Source: Halorarum halobium
GTDB lineage: Archaea > Halobacteriota > Halobacteria > Halobacteriales > Haloferacaceae
DNA length: 64,000 nt
Assembly (NCBI RefSeq): GCF_032116555.1
Contig: NZ_CP134949.1
Coordinates: 2,914,001 to 2,978,000 of the forward strand
Reading direction: 5' to 3'
Shown: piece after piece, positions 11,041 to 21,560 of the stretch
How the letters are laid out: each line of letters starts with the position of its first letter
Numbering within the stretch: position 1 is the first letter of the stretch
The notes under the pieces: model-generated
Databases searched by the model: none
What the model was told of the DNA's origin: nothing
Seen by the model: only the letters and a program-made list of their open reading frames with translations
Position numbers and translations under genes: made by a program

Positions 11041-12021
11041 TCATTGTTCCACCTGGAGTTCAGGATTCACGATCTCCTCGTAGCCACGACCGATGAGGAA
11101 CCCACTGATCACGACCAGTGCGATACAGATCCCGGGCGGCACGAACCACCACCACGTGCCTTCGGCCATCGCGCTGTACGAACGAGCACTCTGGAGCATC
11201 ACACCCCAGGACACCGTTTCCGGGTCACCCAGACCGAGGAACGAGACGCCTGCTTCCGTGATGATGGCCCAGGCGATTGCAAACGAGCCGTAGAGGAACG
11301 ACATCGGCAACACGTTCGGTGCGATGTGCCGGGAGATGATCCGCCAGTTGCTTGCACCGGACACCCGTGCCGCTTTCACGAAGGACCGCTCCCGAAGCGA
11401 CAGGACGAGCGAGCGAATGACTCGGGCTGACGTCCGCCACTGGAGCAGGACGAACGCGAAGATGATGCTGTCGAGCCCGGGCCCGAGAACGGTGACGAGA
11501 ACGATCACGGTCGGGAGCAGCGGAAGTCCGTAGACGAAGTCGACGAGCCGCATCAGCACGTCGTCGACGTACCCGCCGTAGTAGCCCGCAGTGAGCCCGA
11601 CCATCGTCCCGATTCCCACCGTCATCAACGCGGCGATGAAACCGACGATGAGCGCCGGTCTGGCCCCGTAGATGAGCTGGCTGAAGATGTCGTATCCCTC
11701 AGCCGTCGTGCCGAGCAGGAATCCGCCCTCTCCTCCGAGGAGCGACGGTTCCATCCACTTTGCGATCAGGACCCCATCCGACTGGTACAGTCGTGCCGTC
11801 GGTTCATGGGGTGCGAGCAGAGGTGCGAATAGTGCAATGAGGATGAACGACGCGAGGACGCCCATCGCAGTGACGACGAGCGGGTCGTCAGTCAGGACCG
11901 CCCATTGTTGGCGAATCGTCTCCTTCCAGAGCCGGAGATTCCGACGCCACATGCTGACCGTTTCATCCGGATCGTATTCGTCGATGTCGTCGAAGATCGT
12001 TCGATCGTGTTGTTGGCTCAT
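11041..12021 (-). CDS. Peptide ABC transporter permease (OppC/DppC type)
   Basis: Start MSQQHDR at 12021; LLGTTAEGYDIFSQLIYG, EAGVSFLGLG, SWGVML motifs. Confidence 0.92.
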   Translation of the reverse strand: MSQQHDRTIFDDIDEYDPDETVSMWRRNLRLWKETIRQQWAVLTDDPLVVTAMGVLASFILIALFAPLLAPHEPTARLYQSDGVLIAKWMEPSLLGGEGGFLLGTTAEGYDIFSQLIYGARPALIVGFIAALMTVGIGTMVGLTAGYYGGYVDDVLMRLVDFVYGLPLLPTVIVLVTVLGPGLDSIIFAFVLLQWRTSARVIRSLVLSLRERSFVKAARVSGASNWRIISRHIAPNVLPMSFLYGSFAIAWAIITEAGVSFLGLGDPETVSWGVMLQSARSYSAMAEGTWWWFVPPGICIALVVISGFLIGRGYEEIVNPELQVEQ

Positions 12022-12026
12022 TGTGT

Positions 12027-13004
12027 TTAGTCGTACGTGACGCGCGGGTCGAGGATCCCGTACAGGAGGTCCGCGACGAAGTTCATGACTACTACTGACA
12101 GTGCAAGTACGAGGAACGTCCCCTGGGCGACGGGATAGTCCCGACGGAGGACTGCACGGATCATTTCCCGTCCGATGCCTGGCCAGCCGAACACCGTTTC
12201 GATCAGCACGCTCCCACCGATAGCGAATCCAATGGCGATCGCTGCTGCCGTCAGCACCGGGAGCATCGCGTTCCGTGCCGCGTGTTTGAACATGATCGTG
12301 CGATCCGACAGTCCCTTCGCGCGGCAAATCTCGATGAAGTCCTCTGAAAGCGTCTCGAGCATGCTGTTGCGCATGATCAACAGGGGGTATCCCAGATAGT
12401 AGAACGAGAGGACCAGCATCGGAGCGATGAGATGGTGGAGGAAGTCGGCCGAGAACACCATCTCGAGAAATCCTTCAGGCTCGGTGCCGATGCTCGTCAT
12501 CCCACTCATTGGGATGACACCGAACTTCGCTCCGAACACCCAGAGGACGAGGATACCGACCCAGAAGCTCGGGATGCTTCGACCGACGAGTGCCGTCACC
12601 ACGGTCGTCTTCTCGAACTGGGAGCCACGATACCAACCGGCGAGCACGCCCAGCGTCACGCCCATGCCGTACGCCACTATGAACGCAGAAAGCATGAGCA
12701 CGAGCGTGTTCGGAAGATAGTTCACGAGGATGTCCGTGACGGGCACGTTGGTCGTGAATGAGCGGCCAAGGTTCAGCGTCGCTAGATTCTCCAGATAGCG
12801 GAGGTACTGCACCCAGAGCGGATCGTTCAGCCCGTAACTCTCGATGATGCTCTGTCTGACCTCCGGCGTCAGCTGGGGCGAAATGATGTAGGACGTCGGA
12901 TCCCCGGGCATCAACCGGAAGAGCGCGAACAGAGCGGTCGCGATCGCCCAGATGGTGACGAAGAGCTGGATCGTCCGACGGACGACGAAGTTTGCTTTGC
13001 CCAT
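12027..13004 (-). CDS. Peptide ABC transporter permease (OppB/DppB type)
   Basis: MPGDP, YGLNDPLWVQY, RAKGL, HAARNA, IETVFGWPGIG, RDYPV motifs. Confidence 0.93.
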   Translation of the reverse strand: MGKANFVVRRTIQLFVTIWAIATALFALFRLMPGDPTSYIISPQLTPEVRQSIIESYGLNDPLWVQYLRYLENLATLNLGRSFTTNVPVTDILVNYLPNTLVLMLSAFIVAYGMGVTLGVLAGWYRGSQFEKTTVVTALVGRSIPSFWVGILVLWVFGAKFGVIPMSGMTSIGTEPEGFLEMVFSADFLHHLIAPMLVLSFYYLGYPLLIMRNSMLETLSEDFIEICRAKGLSDRTIMFKHAARNAMLPVLTAAAIAIGFAIGGSVLIETVFGWPGIGREMIRAVLRRDYPVAQGTFLVLALSVVVMNFVADLLYGILDPRVTYD

Positions 13005-13231
13005 CGATACGTATTACCTCCGGATTCGGTCCCGTGGTGCTGCATTGGGATCTGTCGAACACTCACCGAGACGGCTGGGCCGATCACGGATCGAACCGGG
13101 CGGTCTGATCGAGTCTGTGGAGAGCAAGGAACCCCTCACCATGTAACAGGGTACCGTAGCGCAAAATTGTACATAAATCCTTTGGTGTCAGCAACCCACT
13201 GCTGCGACGGCCCCGAGCGGGCACTCGTCGG

Positions 13232-14707
13232 TCAATCCGTCACACAGAGTGTCGCGGATATGCTGATTGCGGGTGTCGTAACGGCGTATGGGATCGTCGA
13301 TCGATGTTTCTCACACGTTCCGGTCAGGGTTTCGCGAGCCGATCCGATTGCGGAGATCGTCTGAAGATCGGGAAGAGACACCTCAAGCAGCCCGTTTGTG
13401 ACAAGCCTGTCACTGCCCTCGTGTCGGAGACGGTATCCCTCTTCGATCGGGAATCGGACCGTCTGTGAGGTACTCTCATCGTCGTACTCCGCAGGCGTCG
13501 TCTCCTCGATATCTTTGGCATACAGCGAACTCGGGGGAAGGCCACTCGCTCGCTTCGTCCGCGTGGCTTCGTTCCCGAATCGAGGCGTCCCGAATCGAGT
13601 CACACGCAGATCCATCCCATCCTGGAGTTCATCGAGAGACGCACCTCCGGGGTGGACGCTGAGATGGCGTGCATGGATCCGAGGCGGCTGGTCTAACCCG
13701 AGACTCGGAATGAAGTTTCCGGCAGGGTGAGCGTTTTCTTCGATCGCGGACGAGGTATCGTACATCCGATTGCGGACGACGCCGTTTTGAATCAACGAGA
13801 CTGGGTGACACGGTCGTCCCTCCGCATCGTATGCCCGAGCCGCCCAGGACCCCGGTTCGACGGTATCGTCGACCGAGAGCAGAGCAGACGCGACCTGCTC
13901 TCCAGGTTCGATCGAGCTTGCACCGATGTATGCTGTATCGATCTCCAGATAGTGAGCAAGCTGATGGATGAGCTCACCCGCCGCGAGTGGATCGAGGATC
14001 ACATCCACCGACTCGGTTCGGTCGACCGTGGTCGAGGGGGTGTCGGCGACCCGGCGTGCGCGTGCAGCGAGTCGGTCGAATCTGGGTGCAAGCGTCTCCA
14101 GAAACGAGCTGCCGCTCGTCGACCCGAAGTGGTCGCGAACGGGTTGACCGTCCGTCGGGACGATGACCGTGTCAGCAGACGCCCGTTCGGTGGTCGTACT
14201 GACGGCCGTTCCGTTGGTCGTCATCAGTACGGACTCAGCCAGTTCGTCGCGGTAGGTACTCCGAGTTCGTTCGACAGACAGGCCGTCTATCGCCGTCTGG
14301 ATCGCGCGCTGGATGCGATCGACCTTCTCCTCGGTATCCACATCAGCAAGCGATGTGCTATCAGGTCCCCATCCAGGATGGCTAGCACACACGGTCGTTC
14401 CGGCGTCGACGGATGCGGGTCGTGACTGTGCCAGAAGCCTCGCTGATCGAATTGACCGTTCGATTTCGGTGTCGAGCTGTGATTCGTCCACCATCGTCGT
14501 ATACCGATAATCGGCCGTACCGTCGGTGAACTGGCGCCACCATACGCCCGAATGAACTGTGTCAGTTTGCGTTCGAACACCAGCGTCCGTGATGACAGCG
14601 TCGGTCACCTCACGTGTGATCCCACCGACTTCGGCATATGACACGGCGTCATTCGATTCGAACCGGGACTGAACCCAGTCGACCGCGTCGATCACCGATT
14701 CATCCAT
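13232..14707 (-). CDS. TldD/PmbA family metallopeptidase, atypical active site
   Basis: Likely start MDESVIDA at 14707; YDAEG, LIQNGV, HQLAHYLE at the HExxxH position, C-terminal GTCEK. Confidence 0.78.
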   Translation of the reverse strand: MDESVIDAVDWVQSRFESNDAVSYAEVGGITREVTDAVITDAGVRTQTDTVHSGVWWRQFTDGTADYRYTTMVDESQLDTEIERSIRSARLLAQSRPASVDAGTTVCASHPGWGPDSTSLADVDTEEKVDRIQRAIQTAIDGLSVERTRSTYRDELAESVLMTTNGTAVSTTTERASADTVIVPTDGQPVRDHFGSTSGSSFLETLAPRFDRLAARARRVADTPSTTVDRTESVDVILDPLAAGELIHQLAHYLEIDTAYIGASSIEPGEQVASALLSVDDTVEPGSWAARAYDAEGRPCHPVSLIQNGVVRNRMYDTSSAIEENAHPAGNFIPSLGLDQPPRIHARHLSVHPGGASLDELQDGMDLRVTRFGTPRFGNEATRTKRASGLPPSSLYAKDIEETTPAEYDDESTSQTVRFPIEEGYRLRHEGSDRLVTNGLLEVSLPDLQTISAIGSARETLTGTCEKHRSTIPYAVTTPAISISATLCVTD

Positions 14708-14887
14708 TGGCGATGCTCGTAAGGCCACGCCGATATAGCTGTCCCCTTCTGCGTCTCGGCCCGATGACAGTTCATTCTCCGAACGAGCTCCCCGTGTGCT
14801 GGCCGGGCGACTCGAGATTGAGACGAAGCTCACCAAAAAACCTGGGAAACACTTATGCGGTCCCCAGCGACTTTTTCGGTCAGCCTC

Positions 14888-16084
14888 ATGAGTAGAGACT
14901 ACGTCGTCATCGGTGGCGGTATCTATGGCGCATACGTCGCGTGGGAACTGGCGAAACGAGATGAGGACGTATTGTTGCTGGAGAAACGGCAACTCGCGAA
15001 CGAAGCCTCCGGTGGGCCGGGAAAACGTGGTGTCAGAGCGAACGGGCGAGACCCGCGTGAACTCCCGCTCATGCAGACCGCCTACGACATCTGGCCACGG
15101 CTTTCCGACGAGATCGGCGAATCGATCGGGTACGAACGGGTCGGCGGTCTCGAACTCATCGAGCGTTCCGTCCCGGAGCTTCACGCGTCATCGCTGCAAA
15201 GTGCCCCCGCACAAGTGTGGCTGCAACGCCAGTATGAGATTTCTTCGAAGATCTTGAGCAGAGAGGAAGTCATTCAGAAGGAGCCGCACGTAAGTGATGC
15301 AGTACAGGGGGCGATCTACTGTGAGAACGATGGCGTCGTCGATCAGACCGCGGTGACACGGGCAGTCGGTGCGGCTGCTGCCCGCGAGGGCGCAGAGATT
15401 CGAGAAGGTGTCGCAGTCGCTGGACTCGACGTGAACGAGCAGCAGGTGACGGCGGTGCGAACTGATGACGGAGAGACGATCGAAGTCGGCGATACAGCAC
15501 TGCTTCTTTCGAATAGCCACGCACCGGAGTTCCTGAAGCGAGAACTCGACATCTCCCTTCCCGTGTGGAACTTCCTCCCACAGGTTCTGCTCACCGAACC
15601 GGTCGAAGAGATGCCCATCTCACACCTGATCGGCCATTCGCACCGGTTGCTCGCAATGAAGGGACTACCCGATGACAGGCTCATGATCACCGGCGGCTGG
15701 CCTGCAGAAGTCACTCACGGTGGCGACGGGGTCGGTCGGCCCATCCCCGAACAGGTAGAACAGAACTTCGCCCAGGCCGAGGCGGTCTTCCCCGATATTT
15801 CAACTCTCGAAATCGACGAGATCGCGACCGATCATCTGGAATCCTGCACGCTCGATTCGCTTCCGATCATCGACCAGTATCCCGCCGCGAAGAACCTGAT
15901 TGTGGCCACCGGCTGGACCGGACACGGATTCGCGATTTCGCCGGCGGTCAGCGAACTGCTCGCACAGTGGGCAGCGGAGCATCAGCGACCATCGTTGCTG
16001 CGTCCGTTTTCGCTGCAACGGTTCACCGGACGCCGCCAAGGCGCTCCAGAACCGACTGAACCGACGGCCGAGAGTTCAGTCTGA
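14888..16084 (+). CDS. FAD-dependent oxidoreductase, DAO/sarcosine oxidase beta family
   Basis: Start MSRDYVVIGGGIYG (GxGxxG), EASG, C-terminal ATGWTGHGFAISP. Confidence 0.9.
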   Translation: MSRDYVVIGGGIYGAYVAWELAKRDEDVLLLEKRQLANEASGGPGKRGVRANGRDPRELPLMQTAYDIWPRLSDEIGESIGYERVGGLELIERSVPELHASSLQSAPAQVWLQRQYEISSKILSREEVIQKEPHVSDAVQGAIYCENDGVVDQTAVTRAVGAAAAREGAEIREGVAVAGLDVNEQQVTAVRTDDGETIEVGDTALLLSNSHAPEFLKRELDISLPVWNFLPQVLLTEPVEEMPISHLIGHSHRLLAMKGLPDDRLMITGGWPAEVTHGGDGVGRPIPEQVEQNFAQAEAVFPDISTLEIDEIATDHLESCTLDSLPIIDQYPAAKNLIVATGWTGHGFAISPAVSELLAQWAAEHQRPSLLRPFSLQRFTGRRQGAPEPTEPTAESSV

Positions 16085-16266
16085 GCAACGAGCCGAGCCC
16101 GCAATTCTCCCAGGTCCGTTCCGGAGTCGTGAATAGTCGTTGGCAAACAGGCCGCTCATTCCAGCCAAGACTGTCCCCGCCTGGCGGTAGCGGCTCCGGT
16201 CAAGATCGGAATCAGTAGGGTGCCAGGAGTTCAGTTCGCTGCGATCGTGAAACCGTCCGACGTCGG

Positions 16267-18225
16267 TTACTGATCGCTCGTGTCCGTGCGGTCGTCGAAC
16301 CAGCCGACGATCCGTTCGAGTCGATCAATGACGTGTGCCGGTTCTCCCCCTCGAGAGAGTTCGTGTCCCTCCCGTGGGTACCGAACGAACTCAGTGTCGA
16401 CACCGCTCCGTTTCAGAAACGTGAACAGCATCTCGGCGTTATTGATCGGCGCAACGTAATCCTCCTCACTATGCAAGAGCAGCGTCGGTGTCGACACCTC
16501 GTGAGCGTGCGCGACCGGTGAGCGCTCCTGATACAGTTCGGGGTCTTCCCATGGCGTGGCGTCGAGTTCCCATTCCATGAGTTTGTGGCAGGTCGATGAG
16601 CCATCGAAACTCGCCAGGTCGTAAACCCCGCGCTGGGCCACGGCGCCCGCGAACCGATCCGTGTGACTGACGATCCACGCCGTGAGGTAGCCGCCGTAAC
16701 TGCCACCGGTGACGAAGAGTGCCTCCTCGTCGACGTACTCGTGCTCCACGACGACGTCCAGCCAGGTCATGATGTCACGATAGTCGATCCCGCCCCAGTC
16801 ACGTTTGATCGCTTGCATGAATTCCTGCCCGTAGCCGGTCGAGCCATGTGGGTTACACCAGCAGACGACGTAGCCGGCCGCAGCAAGCGTCTGGAACTCG
16901 TGCCACATCGTCCCGCTCGTGGTCCACATCGCGTGTGGACCACCGTGGACTTCGAGGATGAGCGGATACGTCCCGTCGGGATCGAACCCGGGCGGCGTCA
17001 GTATCCAGCCTTGGATCTCCGTTCCATCCTCGGCTTCGAACCTGAGTTCTTCCGGTTCCGAAAGACGCCGCTCATCGAGGAGTTCGCCGTTAGCCCGCCT
17101 CACGCGATCGAGTTCGTCGTCGGCTTCTGCTGCGTAGTAGAGATCGCCCGGTGAGTCCCACTCCGATTTGAGCAGGCATACGCCGTTACTGGACACGTCG
17201 AACTCGGTGATCGTCCCGGTTGCACTCCGTGCGACTTCGGTCGGATGCGCCGTGTCGTCTCCTTCAGTTGCGAATAGGGTGTACCCCCCTGCGTCGGGGA
17301 CGACGAAGTACACTCGTTCCCCAGATGGGTCCCACTGGATCGAGGTGCTTCGTGCCACTGTCCGATTGAGTGACTCCGTGACCACCGTCGTGTCACCGGT
17401 CGATCTATCGAGGACGGCGATCTGGGTTTGCCGCATCGACCGGTTTTCTGTGGGGCCGTAGGTGTACGCAAGTCGGGCGGGCGTTGCTGCCAGGTCCGGG
17501 TACCACGCGTCTGCCTCCGTTATCGAGTCGACGACAGTCTCCACCGTATCCGTCCTCACGTCGTGAGCGATGATCTCGTGTGTCCGGTAGTCGGTTTTCC
17601 GTGTGTAGTAAAGCGTGTCATCGTCACCCCACTCCGGACAGGTGTGGTCAGTCGCTTCGGTCGTGAGTCGACTGACCGATCCCGAGTCACGGTCAAGCAG
17701 ACACACCTGCGTCCGGGACTCGTCGAAATATCCCTCCGACCCGCGATAGATCGTTCGGGAAATCACTCGCGGATCAGGTGAATTACCCGAATCGGCTCGG
17801 ACACCGGGACGACCATCGCCGCTGGGAGCCGACTTCGGGTCGACCCGCTGGATGAATGCGATCGTTTGTCCGTCCGGAGACCATCGCGGGGTCGATACCG
17901 CGCCGTCGACAGCCGTTACCTGCTCGATGGACCCGCTCGTAGCCGAATAGATCCAGAGATCAGCACCCGGTTGCTCCGAAGCCGTCGACGCGACGGCGAG
18001 GTGGTCTCCCGATGGACTCCAGCGGAGTTCCCGTTCGGCACCCTGCGTGAGACTCACGCGTTCACCGTCCGCACCTGACGTCGTATCGATTCGAAGCGAG
18101 GTCTCGTAGGCGCGATCCGACTCCGGACGTCGTTCGATGACGGCGATTCGGTCCCCCTCCGGCGAAAACTGCGGATTCTGAAGCATCCGCAGATCGGTGT
18201 AATCAGCGGCTGTAACGCGGTTCAT
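16267..18225 (-). CDS. S9 family (acylaminoacyl/dipeptidyl) peptidase
   Basis: Beta-propeller repeats (WSP), VHGGPH, nucleophile GGSYGG, catalytic Asp (EEDY) and His (EGHE). Confidence 0.93.
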   Translation of the reverse strand: MNRVTAADYTDLRMLQNPQFSPEGDRIAVIERRPESDRAYETSLRIDTTSGADGERVSLTQGAERELRWSPSGDHLAVASTASEQPGADLWIYSATSGSIEQVTAVDGAVSTPRWSPDGQTIAFIQRVDPKSAPSGDGRPGVRADSGNSPDPRVISRTIYRGSEGYFDESRTQVCLLDRDSGSVSRLTTEATDHTCPEWGDDDTLYYTRKTDYRTHEIIAHDVRTDTVETVVDSITEADAWYPDLAATPARLAYTYGPTENRSMRQTQIAVLDRSTGDTTVVTESLNRTVARSTSIQWDPSGERVYFVVPDAGGYTLFATEGDDTAHPTEVARSATGTITEFDVSSNGVCLLKSEWDSPGDLYYAAEADDELDRVRRANGELLDERRLSEPEELRFEAEDGTEIQGWILTPPGFDPDGTYPLILEVHGGPHAMWTTSGTMWHEFQTLAAAGYVVCWCNPHGSTGYGQEFMQAIKRDWGGIDYRDIMTWLDVVVEHEYVDEEALFVTGGSYGGYLTAWIVSHTDRFAGAVAQRGVYDLASFDGSSTCHKLMEWELDATPWEDPELYQERSPVAHAHEVSTPTLLLHSEEDYVAPINNAEMLFTFLKRSGVDTEFVRYPREGHELSRGGEPAHVIDRLERIVGWFDDRTDTSDQ

Positions 18226-18320
18226 CTACGGGTCTGACTGATGGAGAGGGGTGATAAATAGATTATGAAGGGTCGAATCGTTGATGCATCACCGAAGAAC
18301 GGCGATGAAGGTGAGCGAGC

Positions 18321-20030
18321 TTAATTCGACGGTGCGTGGACGAAGCCGTCGTCGTCCCACGTGTAGCCCGCTTCCTCGAGGCGCGTTCGTCCATGATCGA
18401 CACCCTCCTCGAACTGCTTGACGTCCGGATTGTAGTACTGGCCGAACGCCGGCGAGACGAGGTTGTCCGCGATTTCGGGCAGGCCGTACTGGATCTGTTC
18501 GACGATCGGCGTTCGCGGAATGCTGTTCACGATCGCCTGTCGGACAGCGACGTCATCGAGTCCGGACCGTCGCGTGTTGATCGCGACTTCCCAGAATCCG
18601 GTGCCCGGCATCGTCACCACGCTGATGTCCTCAGCGCTCCGGTTGTTATCGAGCTGGCTTCCGATCCGGCTGAACGGCAGGTAGTTGAGGGTACCCTCTC
18701 TGAGCATCTGCCAGCTCGTCGAGGATTCCGGGATGATCTGCCAGATTCGCCGGTTGAACTTCGGAGGCCGCCAGTGAGCGTCGTTACTTTGGAGGCTTAG
18801 TTCCGTGCCCTGATCCCAGTACTCGACTTGGAACGGGCCACTCCCGACGGGCTCGCTCACGGCGGTGTTCAGGGGATCGTCCCGCGTTTCCCAGATGTGT
18901 TTCGGGATGATCGGCAACTGTGAGGAGAAGATCGCGTGAACCGGACCTGGCGGGTCCGAGAACGTGATCCGAACTTCGTTTTCTGACAGCACCTCGGTGC
19001 TCTCGACACGCTCCCAGCGTTCCTTGTACACCGGGACCTCGTGTTCGGCCATGTAATCGAGGGTGAACGCGACGTCCTCCGCGGTGAGCGGCTCCCCATC
19101 GTGCCATTCGTGTTCGCGCAGCGTGAACTCCATCACGTCGCGAGACGGTCGATTCCAGTCGGTAGCGAGACTCAACTTGGCAGAGGGCTCGAAGTTCTCG
19201 TCTAATCTGACCAGCCGATCATAGAGGACCTCGAACGTCCGAATCCGCTGGGCTTCCGTCTGATGGCTCAGGACGTTCAATGACCCGATCGTCTGTGGCC
19301 AGGCCCCGCGCAACTCCCCGTCCTCGTTGTCGACCTCGATCGAGGTCATGTTGTAAAAGGAGTTGTAGTTGAACTTGGTCGGGTGATCGATCCAGCCGCT
19401 CACCTGGCTGTTGTTGTACGCCATGATGAACGGCATCCAGTTGATCGGGTTCGTCGGGCAGTCCCGGGTGACGATCCGTTGGATTTCGTGGAGAACATCG
19501 GCCCGCTCGCCCGCGTCAGTCAACTGCCCTTGCTCTTCCAGCAGCGGATCAAGTTCCGCGTTCTCGTACCCGGTGTAGTTTCCGTTCCCCGGATCCGTGT
19601 TGTCCGAATGGAAAAAGCGGGGCATTCTGAGCCCCGGATCCGCGAGCGTCCGTCCCCACGTGGCCAGGTCGAAATCGTGTTCGCTCAAGGCCTTCGTCAC
19701 GAGCGTCCCCCACTCGAACACCTGAACGCTCACGTCGAGCCCCAGCTCCGTCAGCTGCTCGCCGATCAGGTTGATCGTGTCGTGCCGCGCGGGGTTGTAG
19801 TCCTGCGGATTGTTCAAATAGAGGTACTCTGGGAGCTTCTCGCCCGAGTCGGCCGACGAACTCCCGGATCCACTCTCATCCGGTGACCCCGATTGGTCCC
19901 CATCACCCGAACAGCCTGCCAGCACGGCCGTTCCGAGTGTTCCGCCCGTTCCCGCCGTTAACTGGAGAAATCGCCTGCGGTCGAACTGGCCGGGCGACTG
20001 GTCGTCATGGGGCATGCTGTCTTTCGACAT
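18321..20030 (-). CDS. Peptide ABC transporter substrate-binding lipoprotein (family 5)
   Basis: Tat DRRRFL, lipobox LAGC, WHDGEPLTAEDVAFT, PVGSGPF, VRQAI motifs. Confidence 0.92.
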   Translation of the reverse strand: MSKDSMPHDDQSPGQFDRRRFLQLTAGTGGTLGTAVLAGCSGDGDQSGSPDESGSGSSSADSGEKLPEYLYLNNPQDYNPARHDTINLIGEQLTELGLDVSVQVFEWGTLVTKALSEHDFDLATWGRTLADPGLRMPRFFHSDNTDPGNGNYTGYENAELDPLLEEQGQLTDAGERADVLHEIQRIVTRDCPTNPINWMPFIMAYNNSQVSGWIDHPTKFNYNSFYNMTSIEVDNEDGELRGAWPQTIGSLNVLSHQTEAQRIRTFEVLYDRLVRLDENFEPSAKLSLATDWNRPSRDVMEFTLREHEWHDGEPLTAEDVAFTLDYMAEHEVPVYKERWERVESTEVLSENEVRITFSDPPGPVHAIFSSQLPIIPKHIWETRDDPLNTAVSEPVGSGPFQVEYWDQGTELSLQSNDAHWRPPKFNRRIWQIIPESSTSWQMLREGTLNYLPFSRIGSQLDNNRSAEDISVVTMPGTGFWEVAINTRRSGLDDVAVRQAIVNSIPRTPIVEQIQYGLPEIADNLVSPAFGQYYNPDVKQFEEGVDHGRTRLEEAGYTWDDDGFVHAPSN

Positions 20031-20108
20031 GGAGCAGAGTATTCAATCAGCACCACTTATATTTTTCCCTCTCACGCCCAGTATTCCGACGCGGGCAGGC
20101 GGCATTCC

Positions 20109-21275
20109 TCACTCGTCAAACCGGTCCATAGAGAGCGCTTCGGCGCCCATCAAAGGTTCTTTGTCTGCGAGCTGTCTCGCGATTGTTCTCCCTGCGGCCG
20201 GCGCCAACTGGATCCCGGAGGTACTGAATGCGACCAGTGCGAACCCGTCGACCGCGGTGGTGCTCGCAATCGGGTTCCCGTCCGGAGTCGCAGATCGAAC
20301 GCCGACCCACTCGTCAACGACCGACGAATCGGCCAGTTCCGGGAGGATCGAGTCGATGGCTTCCCAGGCACCCGAACGAAGATCGTCCGGGACACGCTCT
20401 GGAACGTCGCTCGGCTGGAATTCAGTCGCCACGTCCCACCCACCTGGGTTGTTGCCGACCAGAACCGTTCCGTCCTCCTTGACGCCGCGGAAGCCGTAGC
20501 CAGTCTCCACCTCACTGATGCTCATCAGGGTGTGAGGAAGCGGACGCGGTGGTTTCAGTTTGAGGACGGGCGCAAGCGTGTGCCTGACAGGAATGTCGAG
20601 CCCAACCATTCGGGCAACCTCGACGTTCCATGGGCCGGCAGCTGAGACGACGCTATCAACGACGATCTCACTCTCGGCTGTCTGGATGGCAGTGACTTCC
20701 CCATCGCGAACCAAGATATCCTGAACCGGCGTGTGTTCGTGCACCTCGACTCCGTTGCTGCGGGCGCGGTTAAGAAACTCCGTGCAGATTTCCACCGGGG
20801 AAACGTACCCGACTTTCGGTCGATAGATCGCCCCTTCGATCGCCGAGTCATCGATGAGGGGGGCGGCGAGTAACTCCTTCAGCTCTGAGGGTTCGAGGAA
20901 CTCCATGGGAATCTCGTCCGTGTTCGTGGTGAGTTTCGAGTCGTCGCTCGGCTCGCTGTCGGCCACTGAGCGACGAAGCCGAGTTGCCTCCTCGACGGAC
21001 GTTGCGAGTCCGAGTCGGCCGATCTGTTCATACCGAATTGACGTGTCCGTTTCGGCCATGAATCGGTTGTAGAGCCCCATGGCGTATCGTTTCATCCGAT
21101 ACTGCACCGAATCCCCATAGTAGCCGAACAGCGCGAACGACTTCGCAGTCGTTTCGTTCGCGACTGACCCTCGTTCGAGGATCATGATCGACGCGTCCGT
21201 CAGTTCGCTGAGGTGGTACGCGACGCTCGCACCGGCAATTCCGCCACCGATGATAGCAACGGTTTCGTTGGACAT
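20109..21275 (-). CDS. FAD-dependent oxidoreductase, DAO/sarcosine oxidase beta family
   Basis: IIGGGIAG, AAGPW, WVGVRSATPDGNPI, GIQLAPAAG. Confidence 0.9.
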   Translation of the reverse strand: MSNETVAIIGGGIAGASVAYHLSELTDASIMILERGSVANETTAKSFALFGYYGDSVQYRMKRYAMGLYNRFMAETDTSIRYEQIGRLGLATSVEEATRLRRSVADSEPSDDSKLTTNTDEIPMEFLEPSELKELLAAPLIDDSAIEGAIYRPKVGYVSPVEICTEFLNRARSNGVEVHEHTPVQDILVRDGEVTAIQTAESEIVVDSVVSAAGPWNVEVARMVGLDIPVRHTLAPVLKLKPPRPLPHTLMSISEVETGYGFRGVKEDGTVLVGNNPGGWDVATEFQPSDVPERVPDDLRSGAWEAIDSILPELADSSVVDEWVGVRSATPDGNPIASTTAVDGFALVAFSTSGIQLAPAAGRTIARQLADKEPLMGAEALSMDRFDE

Positions 21276-21531
21276 GCGTACAGGACCACTACACGGCGCT
21301 CATATAGCTATTCGCCCGGCAGGCGAGCGCTGTACGGTTCGAGTAGGCGAGATGCTCGAGACCTGCTCGAAGATACTGTTTTGACACACTCAAAAGAATT
21401 CAGGAAATATCGACCCGAAATCGCGGGGTTCCCTCGGCTCGTACTTAACTGAAGGAATAGTACGATTATAGATATAGAAAATAAAATATACTGGAGAAGA
21501 ATAAAATTCTGAATTTGATATTTCACACATA

Positions 21532-21538
21532 TTTATAA
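21532..21538 (+). promoter_or_regulatory. Putative TATA box of the leaderless IclR gene
   Basis: TTTATAA 23-29 nt upstream of ATG 21561, in an AT-rich divergent intergenic region. Confidence 0.55.
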
Positions 21539-21560
21539 TGCTCCCGTCGCATGGGCCTCC

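Noticed and set aside
13232..15184. 650-aa version of the TldD ORF, and similarly extended starts for the ORFs at 3910, 10177, 12327, 34062, 39697, 45891 and 57504
   Set aside because: The extensions overlap neighbouring genes or promoters and lack family-like sequence; downstream starts fit the homologous N-termini and operon coupling better
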